From: a virus
Lineage: Duplodnaviria > Caudoviricetes
Reading direction: 5' to 3' (one strand)
DNA: 56,390 bases
IMG/VR virus record: IMGVR_UViG_3300006736_003202
Span: 1-56,390 of that record
Shown: one piece after another, positions 9,734 to 18,990 of the stretch
How the letters are laid out: each line of letters begins with the position of its first letter
Numbering within the stretch: the stretch's first letter is position 1
The notes under the pieces: generated by a model
The model's database searches: none
Told to the model about the DNA's origin: nothing
What the model saw: the letters and a program-made list of their open reading frames with translations, nothing else
Program-made: the position numbers and the translations under genes

Positions 9734-10419
9734 ATTTAATATTTGATGTTGGATATAATAAGGGCGAATTCGCCACTGAGTGCCTTAGACAGCACCCAGA
9801 CTGCAAGGTGGTCGGCGTAGAGGCGAATCTAAACCTCATTCATGGAAAAGATTTACCACCACAGTTAATATTGCTGCATGCTTTGGCGTCCTCGGGAGAC
9901 AATCTTGAAGAAGAATTCTATATTGAACCCAATCAGAATGGGATATCGACGGCCTCGCGAAGATTTATGGAAAACTCACGATTTACCAAGGGATCAAAAA
10001 ATTTACCGCCTAAATCTGCTAATTGGGAACTTGCCACCAAAGTTCACACTATTACGCTGGATGAGATGATTGTAGCGTACGGCAATCCGGATTTGATTAA
10101 AATCGATGTAGAAGGGCATGAATACGAAGTGTTGCGCGGACTTAGTAAAAAACAACACATGATTTGTTTTGAGTGGCACGAAGAGGAATACGACACGTTA
10201 TTAAAAATCGTGGAACACTTGCATGCTATAGGCTATAATAACTTTGGAGTTATTGGATATTTTGATGAGGGCGATGTGTTTGATAAAGTAACTTACTCCG
10301 ACAATGGAGATCCTTATCTAACAGAACCTGACGAATACCATTCATGGGAAGATCTAGAGATAAAGCGCTTCGTCGAACCGGATCGACGCGTAAATTACGG
10401 GATGATGTTTGTAAAATGA
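9730..10419 (+). CDS. FkbM-family methyltransferase
   Basis: IFDVGYNKG, VEAN, ITLD, IKIDVEGHE, FEWH. Start at ATG 9730 (ATGA overlap). Confidence 0.9.
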   Translation: MNLIFDVGYNKGEFATECLRQHPDCKVVGVEANLNLIHGKDLPPQLILLHALASSGDNLEEEFYIEPNQNGISTASRRFMENSRFTKGSKNLPPKSANWELATKVHTITLDEMIVAYGNPDLIKIDVEGHEYEVLRGLSKKQHMICFEWHEEEYDTLLKIVEHLHAIGYNNFGVIGYFDEGDVFDKVTYSDNGDPYLTEPDEYHSWEDLEIKRFVEPDRRVNYGMMFVK

Positions 10420-11384
10420 TAGTAGTCTATAAAGAAGGCGGAGAATATTCTGATTGTATCGTTAAACACTTCGGCCTGGATCGTTATGACGACGGTGTTG
10501 AAGATGCAGTATTTTTTTGGGGATGGGTTGCGCTTATGGATGCCGAACTGAGAGAAAAGTATAAAGATTTCCCCCACCGCTTGGCGTTCAATACTAGTGC
10601 GCCCTGTGATCTGCTGGCCCACGATCCCAAATACGCAGGAGGCGACACAATCACCAATCAAGAATATTTCACTGAAATATTTACTATCTGTCCTTCTACA
10701 GCCAAGTGGGCAAGCATGGTAAGCTCTACTCCTCATACTCCTATCTGTTTTCCGTTTAGTGCACAAGAATTCAAAAAATACGAAGACACCGAACCAGAAG
10801 ACAAAAAACATGATGCAATTTATTACGGACAAGTACACCACCCGTTCTATATTCCAATGCTTGAAGTACTATCGCGATTTAACCATAGATTTAGCACCAT
10901 CTCTAATCACGGATTGACTAAAGAGGCCACAGAATTAGTCACCGATTATCAATTATCAAGTCAGCAAAAATGGGATCTTTTGAATCAATGCAAAATATCT
11001 GTAGGGGTTAATCTCCTCTTTTTACATGCTCCGCATCTTGAAACATTTAATTCTTTTAATAATATTGAGCAATTTGAAAAGATGGAATGGATCAACAACA
11101 CCTATCAGATGCCCCAAATGAAAACCCGGATGGTTGAAGCGGCCGCCAGCAAGACATTGATGCTGATGTGTCGCGATCGATACAATGTAATTGAAAACTG
11201 GTTTGAGCCCGATAAACATTTCATTTATTGGGACACATTTCGAGATTTACATGCTAAAATGGAAGACATTATAAACAATTATGAAAAGTATTGGCCCATG
11301 GTCGAGAGAGCCCATGAGCATGTACAACAATATTCAATAGAAAATTTTATGGAGAACTTAAATGAACGACTTTTGGAAAAATAA
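10416..11384 (+). CDS. CgeB-like (Glyco_trans_1_2) GT-B glycosyltransferase
   Basis: C-terminal KISVGVN...KTRMVEAAASKTLML...IENWFEPDKHFIYW pattern. Start at ATG 10416 (ATGA overlap). Confidence 0.75.
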   Translation: MIVVYKEGGEYSDCIVKHFGLDRYDDGVEDAVFFWGWVALMDAELREKYKDFPHRLAFNTSAPCDLLAHDPKYAGGDTITNQEYFTEIFTICPSTAKWASMVSSTPHTPICFPFSAQEFKKYEDTEPEDKKHDAIYYGQVHHPFYIPMLEVLSRFNHRFSTISNHGLTKEATELVTDYQLSSQQKWDLLNQCKISVGVNLLFLHAPHLETFNSFNNIEQFEKMEWINNTYQMPQMKTRMVEAAASKTLMLMCRDRYNVIENWFEPDKHFIYWDTFRDLHAKMEDIINNYEKYWPMVERAHEHVQQYSIENFMENLNERLLEK

Positions 11385-12309
11385 GACCGTCTTGGTCACC
11401 GGAGCACACGGCTTCGTCGGCTCTAATTTGATGAATTTATTAAAAGAAATGCAAAACACGACGTCTTTTGAGATCCTATCGCCCACTCGAACGCAACTAG
11501 ATCTAACTAATGAAACAGAGGTAGAAGCCTATTTTGCCGAACACAAACCAAGCATTGTGCTGCATCTTGCTGGTAAAGTGGGGGGTATTGGAATTAATAA
11601 AGCGAAGCCCGCGGAGTTCTTTTACGATAACATCATGATGGGCACTCTCGTCATGCATCATGCATGGAAGAATGGAGCAGAAAAGGTGGTGGCCCTCGCT
11701 GCTGGTTGTGGTTATCCCAAGCTGTTGCCTGTTCCTTATACCGAGGAGGACTTCTGGCGCGACTTGCCCGACGAAAACTCTATTGGCTATTCAATGGCTA
11801 AGAAAAACCTCATCATTCAATCATGGACCTATCGAGAACAATATGGTTTTAATTCTGTTGTGCTTTTGCCAGCTAATTTGTATGGGCCGCATGATAACTT
11901 CAATCTTGAAACCTCTCACGTTGTACCAGCGCTCATTCGGAAGTTTCTTGAAGCTATGCAAGAAGACAAAGATGAAGTTGTGGTATGGGGAACAGGCGTA
12001 GCTAGCCGGGAATTTCTCTACTCAGAGGATACAGCACGTGCGATTGTGACCATGGCTGAGAGGGTCAATGAAACAGGTCCGTTTAATCTGGGTACTGGGG
12101 TGGAAACTACTATTAAAGAGCTGGTTCACGCCATTGCTGAATTGACTGGTTATACCGGAAAGGTTGTGTGGGACTCCTCAAAACCAGACGGCCAACCACG
12201 TCGGTTTTACGACATGTCCAAATTCAAAGAGGCTGTCGGCTATGTGCCGGACACCGGCATTCACGAAGGAATTCAAAAAACTATTGATTGGTATTTAACA
12301 CACGAATGA
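11362..12309 (+). CDS. fcl: GDP-L-fucose synthase-like epimerase/reductase (extended SDR)
   Basis: TGAHGFVG, HLAGKVGGIG.N...PAEF, YSMAK, PANLYGPHDNF, SHVVPALIRKF, WGTG...REFLY, KPDGQPRR. Confidence 0.85.
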   Translation: MNDFWKNKTVLVTGAHGFVGSNLMNLLKEMQNTTSFEILSPTRTQLDLTNETEVEAYFAEHKPSIVLHLAGKVGGIGINKAKPAEFFYDNIMMGTLVMHHAWKNGAEKVVALAAGCGYPKLLPVPYTEEDFWRDLPDENSIGYSMAKKNLIIQSWTYREQYGFNSVVLLPANLYGPHDNFNLETSHVVPALIRKFLEAMQEDKDEVVVWGTGVASREFLYSEDTARAIVTMAERVNETGPFNLGTGVETTIKELVHAIAELTGYTGKVVWDSSKPDGQPRRFYDMSKFKEAVGYVPDTGIHEGIQKTIDWYLTHE

Positions 12310-13325
12310 ATTTTTCTAAAGATATTAAAAATATACGCATAGATGTTGGTCTTTCATATAATGGCCCAAATCTGACCGCTTGGGCATATGAGATACCTCA
12401 TTGCGCATTGATTGGAATTGAGGCACAAAGTCTTAATTGTGAAGTGTGTGAAGCGCTTCTTCATCTACCATCTATCCGTCTATCCGACATAGAGAAAGTG
12501 CTTTCTATGCACCATGAATACGTCACTGGAAAGCTTGAACCAAACACACCACTACTTTTTCCTTATGAACAACCACCCTATCATCATAATATATATTTGT
12601 TAAATCGCGCACTGGATGATATAAGTGAGGCCGGCCTAAGAACTTTGTATTGTACGCGTAAGGACTTGGGATGTAGTAGTCTTTATAAACCCAAAGAAGA
12701 TGTACCCATAAATAGCGACGGATACGACGAGATGGAGGTTCTTTGTCTTAGTCTTAAAATGATCATGGAGGGTTTGTTTGAGGACAATCCACATATTGAG
12801 TATATAGAATATTTAAAAATTGATGCACAAGGGGCAGATTTGAATATTCTCAAAAGTGCTGGAGACTGGTTGTCTAAAATCGCGATGATTCAGGTAGAAA
12901 CTACAACACACGGCCATTATCACAACACACCTGCCGACGGCCTCATAGAAGAATATTTAACAACCAATAACTTTGTACTACACCATGAAGGTGAAATGGT
13001 AAACGACACAGTAGTAGATAAAATATTTATTAATAAAGACTTTCTTCACCTTAAAGATAAAATTTTAATACCTAATATTGAAGATGAGAGATTCTTTATC
13101 TGGGAGAATACGAGCAGTAAATACCCAGATTTAAAATACATATTTTTGAATACATTCGATATGGCCAAATTCGCCTTTATAAAGAAGGGCGCCTTTATAA
13201 AGAAGGGCGCCCTCGAAGGTATTGACGTCGATAATAATCTGTTCGATGCTGACGTCATAGATATTCACCCAGAAGCGTATGAAACTCAGAAACTTCTTAG
13301 TCACATAGTGGAAGCGTTAATATGA
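12306..13325 (+). CDS. FkbM-like methyltransferase with C-terminal extension
   Basis: IDVG, GIEA, GCSSL, LKIDAQGADLNILKSAG, QVE. Start at ATG 12306 (ATGA overlap). Confidence 0.8.
   Translation: MNFSKDIKNIRIDVGLSYNGPNLTAWAYEIPHCALIGIEAQSLNCEVCEALLHLPSIRLSDIEKVLSMHHEYVTGKLEPNTPLLFPYEQPPYHHNIYLLNRALDDISEAGLRTLYCTRKDLGCSSLYKPKEDVPINSDGYDEMEVLCLSLKMIMEGLFEDNPHIEYIEYLKIDAQGADLNILKSAGDWLSKIAMIQVETTTHGHYHNTPADGLIEEYLTTNNFVLHHEGEMVNDTVVDKIFINKDFLHLKDKILIPNIEDERFFIWENTSSKYPDLKYIFLNTFDMAKFAFIKKGAFIKKGALEGIDVDNNLFDADVIDIHPEAYETQKLLSHIVEALI
13172..13211. repeat. Perfect in-frame 18-bp tandem duplication (2.2 copies)
   Basis: cgcctttataaagaaggg x2 plus cgcc; encodes AFIKKG-AFIKKG-A. Confidence 0.95.
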
Positions 13326-13957
13326 TATGTATTGATAAAAAACTTATATTTATTCATCTCCCCAAAACAGGAGGATACACTATAAAAAACATTTTAGAAC
13401 CACACTCACCAGACGTTCTTAAGAGGGGGTTTCCAACTCTGTTTGGAGAAAACACTGGGATGCGCATGTGGGATTATCGTACTAAGATGATGATTATGCA
13501 CCCTAACGTAGAATTTTATGAGATGCAGTACCCGGATAAATTTGATGATTTCACCACCTTTACGGTAATACGTAATCCCTGGGATCGTCTGCTATCCTAT
13601 GTGCTTTGGCTTAATAAAGGTGAGTTTGATAGAGAAAAATTTATCAGCGCCCTGAATCTGAAAGTATCAGGATGGTTTGGAAACCAGTATGATATGACAC
13701 AGATTCCCTTATTAAAAAATAGTGATGGAGAGGTTATGGTAAATAAGGTTTTTAGATATGATATTTTTAAAAAAGAGCTAAAGGCATTTTTTGATGAGCA
13801 CGAAATTGAATATGGAAACCAGCTAGAAACCAAGACTAATTCAGCATCTTCAAATCGACATTATTCAACTTATTATGATGATGAAATGAGGAAATTGGTC
13901 GCTCGAATATGTGCCGAAGAAATAGAATATTTTGATTTTAAATTTGAAGGAGAATAA
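13322..13957 (+). CDS. PAPS-dependent sulfotransferase (Sulfotransfer_2 type)
   Basis: 5'-PSB motif FIHLPKTGG.TI and 3'-PB motif VIRNPWDRLLSY. Confidence 0.85.
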   Translation: MICIDKKLIFIHLPKTGGYTIKNILEPHSPDVLKRGFPTLFGENTGMRMWDYRTKMMIMHPNVEFYEMQYPDKFDDFTTFTVIRNPWDRLLSYVLWLNKGEFDREKFISALNLKVSGWFGNQYDMTQIPLLKNSDGEVMVNKVFRYDIFKKELKAFFDEHEIEYGNQLETKTNSASSNRHYSTYYDDEMRKLVARICAEEIEYFDFKFEGE

Positions 13958-14953
13958 ATGAGCTATTGGAAAGGAAAAAGAGTAATTGTGACCGGGGGAG
14001 CTGGACTAATCGGTGTTCCGCTCGTAGAGAATTTGGTACACGAAGGATGTGAAGTCACCGTTATTGATAATTTTTTCAGAAGTAAGCCGGAGAACTTAAG
14101 TAGAGTTCGGGAAATGATCGAACTACTTGATGTAGATCTGAGAGATAATCTCAAAGCCCGAGCCGTGATTAGAGACGCCGACATCGTAATTCATCTTGCA
14201 TCAAAGGTAGGAGGTATCGGAGTATATACGAATTGTCCCTACTCAATTATGAGCGATAATGTGCTCATTGACACCAATGTGCTGCAGGCTGCTATGGCAA
14301 ACGGTGTCCCACGCTTTTTCTATGCTAGCAGTGCGCATGTTTATCCCTATGAATTACAAAATGAAATGGATGCGCCCCTGATTAATGAAGGGGACGCTGT
14401 CCCCGCAAACCCTCTCCTTTCTTATGGCTGGGCCAAACTTCAAACAGAGACTCAAATTCGATGTGCTATATATGAAAATCCTAATTTTAGAGCAGCCATT
14501 GCTCGTTATATTGGGGTCTATGGACCAAACCAAGACTTTGATTTGGCGACTGGCTCAGTAATACCGGTCTTTGCGCACCGAGCGATTAAGTATCCCGATG
14601 TGGCCTTTGCGATTTGGGGGGACGGCGAAGAGACACGCTCGTACTGCTATATTAATGATGCAATAGAATGTACAAAATTGATGATTGAAAAATTAGATGA
14701 TTTACGCTTTGTTGGACCGTTTAACGTAGGTTCGGAAGAACAAGTAAAGATTAAAGAAATCGCAGAAAAACTCATCACCATCTCCGGTAAAGACATTCCT
14801 ATTCAGTACGACGAGACTAAAGCAGCCAAAATATTAGCCCAGAACTGTAGTTGTGAAAGTGTACATAAAAGCCTAGGTTGGCGCGCCACAACGTCGCTGG
14901 ACGATGGTTTAAAAATCATATATGAAGACATTACAGCCCGGCTAGCCAAATGA
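13958..14953 (+). CDS. NAD-dependent nucleotide-sugar epimerase/dehydratase (GDP-mannose epimerase-like fold)
   Basis: TGGAGLIG, HLASKVGGIG, YASSA.VYP, YGWAK, IWGDGEETRSYCYI.D. Confidence 0.88.
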   Translation: MSYWKGKRVIVTGGAGLIGVPLVENLVHEGCEVTVIDNFFRSKPENLSRVREMIELLDVDLRDNLKARAVIRDADIVIHLASKVGGIGVYTNCPYSIMSDNVLIDTNVLQAAMANGVPRFFYASSAHVYPYELQNEMDAPLINEGDAVPANPLLSYGWAKLQTETQIRCAIYENPNFRAAIARYIGVYGPNQDFDLATGSVIPVFAHRAIKYPDVAFAIWGDGEETRSYCYINDAIECTKLMIEKLDDLRFVGPFNVGSEEQVKIKEIAEKLITISGKDIPIQYDETKAAKILAQNCSCESVHKSLGWRATTSLDDGLKIIYEDITARLAK

Positions 14954-15879
14954 AGATTTTAATAACAGGCGGCGCCGGATACATTGGAAGTGAGTTGGTG
15001 GAATATTTGCTGTTTCCAGATAATCAAGTAACGGTGGTTGATAGTTTAATGTATGAACACACCACGTTGCTTCGCTACGCACAAAACAAGAATTTTAATT
15101 TTATTAAAGGAGATGTCCGCAATTTACACTTGATGCAAAAACTACTCTCGAATCACGATGTGGTTATTCCATTAGCAGCTTTAGTTGGATTTCCGCTTTG
15201 TGATGAAGATCCTCGCGCAGCTCAAGAAATTAACCACGATGTAAACACATGGTTTGCCGAGAACAAAAGCAAAGATCAATTGGTGATCTATCCCTGTACC
15301 AACTCTGGTTATGGGGTAAGCATCGATGGCTCTGTATGCACTGAGGAATCGCCGCTTAACCCTGTTTCTCTCTATGGAAAAACAAAAGTAGCCGCAGAAG
15401 CGGATTATCGCGGAGTAGAAAATCATGTTACGTTTAGGCTGGCTACTGTATTTGGCCCAAGCCCCCGCATGCGCTCAGACCTGCTTGTAAACAATTTTGT
15501 TTTGAAGGCACTAAAGGAGCGCCTTCTAGTTCTTTATGAGTGTGAATTCATGAGGAATTATGTACACATAGCAGATGTCTGTGGTGCATTTCGATTCGTG
15601 ATAGATCACTGGGACAACTGCAAGAACGAGACTTATAATGTGGGCAACGATTCCATCAATATGAACAAACTACAATTGGCCCAAAAGATTCAAGAGCACC
15701 TGCCGCTAGAAATCATTAAAGCGGAATTTACGTCAGATCCAGACACTCGCGACTATATCGTGAGCAGCCAGAAGATTTATGATAAAGGTTTTGAATGCCA
15801 GTTTGATTTAGACGACGGTATTAGACAGCTTGTTACAGCATATGCGATGATTGACGCTCCGTGGTATGGGAATTATTGA
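14950..15879 (+). CDS. NAD-dependent epimerase/dehydratase
   Basis: TGGAGYIGS, LAALVG.P.C, SLYGKTK, RLATVFG.SPRMR.DLLVN. Confidence 0.9.
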   Translation: MKILITGGAGYIGSELVEYLLFPDNQVTVVDSLMYEHTTLLRYAQNKNFNFIKGDVRNLHLMQKLLSNHDVVIPLAALVGFPLCDEDPRAAQEINHDVNTWFAENKSKDQLVIYPCTNSGYGVSIDGSVCTEESPLNPVSLYGKTKVAAEADYRGVENHVTFRLATVFGPSPRMRSDLLVNNFVLKALKERLLVLYECEFMRNYVHIADVCGAFRFVIDHWDNCKNETYNVGNDSINMNKLQLAQKIQEHLPLEIIKAEFTSDPDTRDYIVSSQKIYDKGFECQFDLDDGIRQLVTAYAMIDAPWYGNY

Positions 15880-15880
15880 T

Positions 15881-16234
15881 ATGACTTATGTGTTTGATAT
15901 AGACGGCACAATTTGTACGTTAGTTGATGGGGTTTATGAGAAGGCTGAACCGATTCAAGAACGCATTGATATAATTAATAAGTTATACGAGAATGGGGAC
16001 ACTATCATCTTTCAGACAGCACGTGGTATGGGACGGTCGGATAATTCGCCCTCATATGCACACGAAGCGTTTTACGAATTAACGCGCACACAACTTATTG
16101 AGTGGGGTGTTAAGTTCCACGACCTTTTTCTAGGAAAACCTGCAGGTGACATTTACATAGATGATAAGGGAATGAGAGATATTGATTTTTTTACAACAAT
16201 GGAGAAACATGAAAAACCAAACCTTAATTTGTAA
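15881..16234 (+). CDS. Small capless HAD-family phosphatase (capsule-biosynthesis phosphatase type)
   Basis: FDIDGTI (motif I), TARG (II), GKP (III), YIDDK (IV). Start at ATG 15881. Confidence 0.85.
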   Translation: MTYVFDIDGTICTLVDGVYEKAEPIQERIDIINKLYENGDTIIFQTARGMGRSDNSPSYAHEAFYELTRTQLIEWGVKFHDLFLGKPAGDIYIDDKGMRDIDFFTTMEKHEKPNLNL

Positions 16235-17033
16235 AGAAAATACCAACCCTACGGCGATACAAGAAGATTTTATCAAAGAGGTGGGTGATGCTCGTGGGAC
16301 TTTATTTCTGCTCCCGTTGGAGAATTATGTAGACATAGGAACGCATTACGGCGCAAATGCCTATGAAGCCCACCGTCGCGGCGCACAAGAGATTTATTGC
16401 TTTGAGGCCTCAAGCACCAATGCTGAAATCGCCACCATGCTTTTGGATAGTTGCAATATTACAAATTATAAGCTGTTCAACTATGCCGCGGCCGCAACAA
16501 GTGGAAACATTGTGAAATTAAGAAAAGTTATTTCTGGTGAAAATGGCCGGCTTGAAAATGCATCAAGCGGTCAATATACAATTACAAATTACGAACATGA
16601 GCCACAATATAAAATTTCGGAAGAATTTGAACCATGTACAACTATATCACTAGAAGACATTTTTACATTATGTGATATACAAACAATAAGAACCATGAAG
16701 GTGGATATTGAGGGGGCGGAATATGATTTTCTGATGAATAAGGATTTTAGCAAAGTTGATTCAATGTATGTGGAGTTTCATTGCGGCGCGAAAAAGAATG
16801 AAGAGTTGTGTAGATATTTAAACCAATACTTTGACATTATAATTGCCTATACGGCTGTAGACAACGCCACATATGTGTCTGAAGCATGCGGTGGCCCTCC
16901 CGCTGAGACTCAATTCATAGATATAAATACAATTGACTTTAGCAAAGAGTTGCACAATATGAGTTTCTTAAATAGGCGCCTCTCCGATAATGAAGAGATG
17001 AAGTTTCACCTAAACGATCGTAGGATAAAATAA
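16209..17033 (+). CDS. FkbM-family methyltransferase
   Basis: VDIGTHYG, CFEA, ISLED, MKVDIEGAE, VEFH. Start at ATG 16209 after GGAG. Confidence 0.88.
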   Translation: MKNQTLICKENTNPTAIQEDFIKEVGDARGTLFLLPLENYVDIGTHYGANAYEAHRRGAQEIYCFEASSTNAEIATMLLDSCNITNYKLFNYAAAATSGNIVKLRKVISGENGRLENASSGQYTITNYEHEPQYKISEEFEPCTTISLEDIFTLCDIQTIRTMKVDIEGAEYDFLMNKDFSKVDSMYVEFHCGAKKNEELCRYLNQYFDIIIAYTAVDNATYVSEACGGPPAETQFIDINTIDFSKELHNMSFLNRRLSDNEEMKFHLNDRRIK

Positions 17034-17392
17034 TGAAGACCTCTTTACCAATGAAACACGTCGATAAAGGATGGGGCTGGGAGCGCTGGATCGTTAACTG
17101 CGAGGAATATTGCGGTAAGTTGCTATTTTTTGAACGCGGAAAACGCTGTTCATGGCACTATCACAAACTGAAGGATGAAGTCTTTTATTTACAGTCAGGT
17201 AAGATGATGGTATACTATTCAGAGAAAGACGATCTTGAAACCGCTGATCAGCTTATTCTGCATCCTGGCGACAATTTTCATGTATATCGCGGCTTGCGAC
17301 ACCAAATGGTAGCTCTCGCAGACTGCGAACTGTTTGAGTTTTCTACCCAACATTTTGATAGCGATTCGCATCGCTTGCTCAAGGGAGATTAA
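17033..17392 (+). CDS. Cupin-domain protein (sugar isomerase/epimerase-like)
   Basis: KGWG.E.W, YCGK.L, SWHYHKLKDE.FY and RH..E metal-binding cupin pattern. Confidence 0.85.
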   Translation: MKTSLPMKHVDKGWGWERWIVNCEEYCGKLLFFERGKRCSWHYHKLKDEVFYLQSGKMMVYYSEKDDLETADQLILHPGDNFHVYRGLRHQMVALADCELFEFSTQHFDSDSHRLLKGD

Positions 17393-17784
17393 TGACTCAA
17401 CGTAAATATTTACCCACCCTATCCGAACTTGTGGATAGACTTTCGATCGCGCAATTAAAAGAAGTGTTTATCACAGAACACAAGGAAGAATACGCACAAG
17501 AGATTGCCGATATTTGTCATGACATAGAGATTCTGTTGCCCGAATCAGCCGAACTTATACGAGCAGTGGTAGTACTCTCCCAGATGAATTTGCATATTTG
17601 GCATAATGAGTCCAACTATAGAAAGGGCATTAAGGACGGCAACAACCTTGAACTTACCCACGGATTAAATGGTATTAGAAATACAGCAAAAAACAAGATT
17701 CAGGAAAAACTCGGAGGTCGAAAGGACTACAAGATAGATTGTCTTGCGGCAGACTTTAAAGATTGGGAGATTAGCTGGAAGTGA
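17392..17784 (+). CDS. Conserved helical protein of glycan loci (DUF6165/DUF4254-like)
   Basis: LSELVDRLSI...N..IW..E...R...LN..R...KN.I pattern; family recalled from memory. Confidence 0.5.
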   Translation: MTQRKYLPTLSELVDRLSIAQLKEVFITEHKEEYAQEIADICHDIEILLPESAELIRAVVVLSQMNLHIWHNESNYRKGIKDGNNLELTHGLNGIRNTAKNKIQEKLGGRKDYKIDCLAADFKDWEISWK

Positions 17785-18533
17785 AGTTTTTGGTTATTGG
17801 CGATAGTTGTACAGACGTGTTTGTATATGGGTATTGTGATAGGATGGCGCCAGCCGCCCCGGTACCGGTGTTTGTAGCAGACAAAGAAAAGAGCAACATG
17901 GGAATGGCCGGAAATGTTTATAAAAATATGCTTTCTCTTGGTGTGGAGTGTGATCTTATCACTAATAAAACACAAATTACAAAAACGAGATATGTGGAAA
18001 ATAAAACTAACCACATGATTATGCGACTGGATTCAGGCGAAGGAAGTGTGGATCGAATAGAGGGTATTGAAGAGATAAAGTATGATGATTATGATGCAGT
18101 TATTCTCTCCGATTATGATAAGGGCTTTTTGACTACCGAGGATATCCGTGAAATTTCCCGCCTACACCCTCTCGTCTTTTTGGACACTAAAAAACTGATT
18201 GGCGATTGGGCAAAAGATATCACCTATATCAAGATTAATGAAGTAGAATATGAAAAAACCAAACACACGCTAAGCGATTGGTGTGATGAGAAAATGATTG
18301 TCACCCTTGGTTCACATGGGTGTCGTTATAAAGACAAAATAATAGGTGTTATAAAAGTGGAAATTCGTGATTTAGTAGGTGCAGGGGACACGTTTTTGGC
18401 CTCTTTAGTATACAACTTTGTTAAGAGAGGCAATATCTATGTAGCAATCGATTTTGCCAATGAATGCGCCACACAAGTTGTACAACAAAGAGGAGTTAAT
18501 ACAATAGGATGGATACAACAATATGACAGATAA
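17781..18533 (+). CDS. PfkB-family sugar kinase, HldE/RfaE kinase (heptose-7-phosphate kinase) type
   Basis: IGDS..D.F.YG...R.AP.APVPV, G.AGNV, KTRY, LSDYDKG, VTLG..G, DLVGAGDTF. Confidence 0.88.
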   Translation: MKFLVIGDSCTDVFVYGYCDRMAPAAPVPVFVADKEKSNMGMAGNVYKNMLSLGVECDLITNKTQITKTRYVENKTNHMIMRLDSGEGSVDRIEGIEEIKYDDYDAVILSDYDKGFLTTEDIREISRLHPLVFLDTKKLIGDWAKDITYIKINEVEYEKTKHTLSDWCDEKMIVTLGSHGCRYKDKIIGVIKVEIRDLVGAGDTFLASLVYNFVKRGNIYVAIDFANECATQVVQQRGVNTIGWIQQYDR

Positions 18534-18604
18534 GAAAAACCAAGGCGAAGGCGTGCGATTGGGTGATGCTTAAAGACGTCTTAACGGGAAAAATTGAATG
18601 GTAA
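18523..18604 (+). pseudogene. Probable internally deleted gene remnant (DUF962/Mpo1-like C-terminus)
   Basis: ATG 18523 gives MTDKK...; the +1 frame gives KAKACDWVMLKDVLTGKIEW*, resembling the DWVMxxDxLTGKI end of small DUF962 proteins (recalled, not searched). Confidence 0.45.
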
Positions 18605-18990
18605 AAGTGTGGACCAATGGATGTTTTGACATCTTACACCGCGGCCATTTTGAAATGTTAAAACATGCAAAATCGCTCGGAGATTACCTCATAGTAGGCA
18701 TTGATTCAGATCAAAAAGTGAAGAAAGACAAAGGAAATGATAGGCCATATAATTCTGTGGAGGATAGAAAGTTCGCCCTCGAATCGATAAAGTATGTGGA
18801 CACTGTTATTGTCTTTGATTCAACCGAAGACCTTTCACAGATAATTAAAAGTATATCCCCCGACGTGATGGTTATAGGATCTGACTGGAAAGATAAGACC
18901 GTTATTGGAGAAGAATATACACAAAAGCTGTGTTTTTTTGATAGAATAGAGCGTTATTCCACCACCAAGATTTTAGAAGGTATAAAGTGA
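18598..18990 (+). CDS. Cytidylyltransferase-family nucleotidyltransferase, HldE/RfaE adenylyltransferase type
   Basis: TNGCFDILHRGH (HxGH), GIDSD..V...KG..RP, YVD.V.VF, YSTT. Confidence 0.9.
   Translation: MVKVWTNGCFDILHRGHFEMLKHAKSLGDYLIVGIDSDQKVKKDKGNDRPYNSVEDRKFALESIKYVDTVIVFDSTEDLSQIIKSISPDVMVIGSDWKDKTVIGEEYTQKLCFFDRIERYSTTKILEGIK

Noticed and set aside
13172-13211. Tandem repeat as a CRISPR or regulatory repeat
   Set aside because: Only two adjacent copies, no spacer, and in frame within a CDS.
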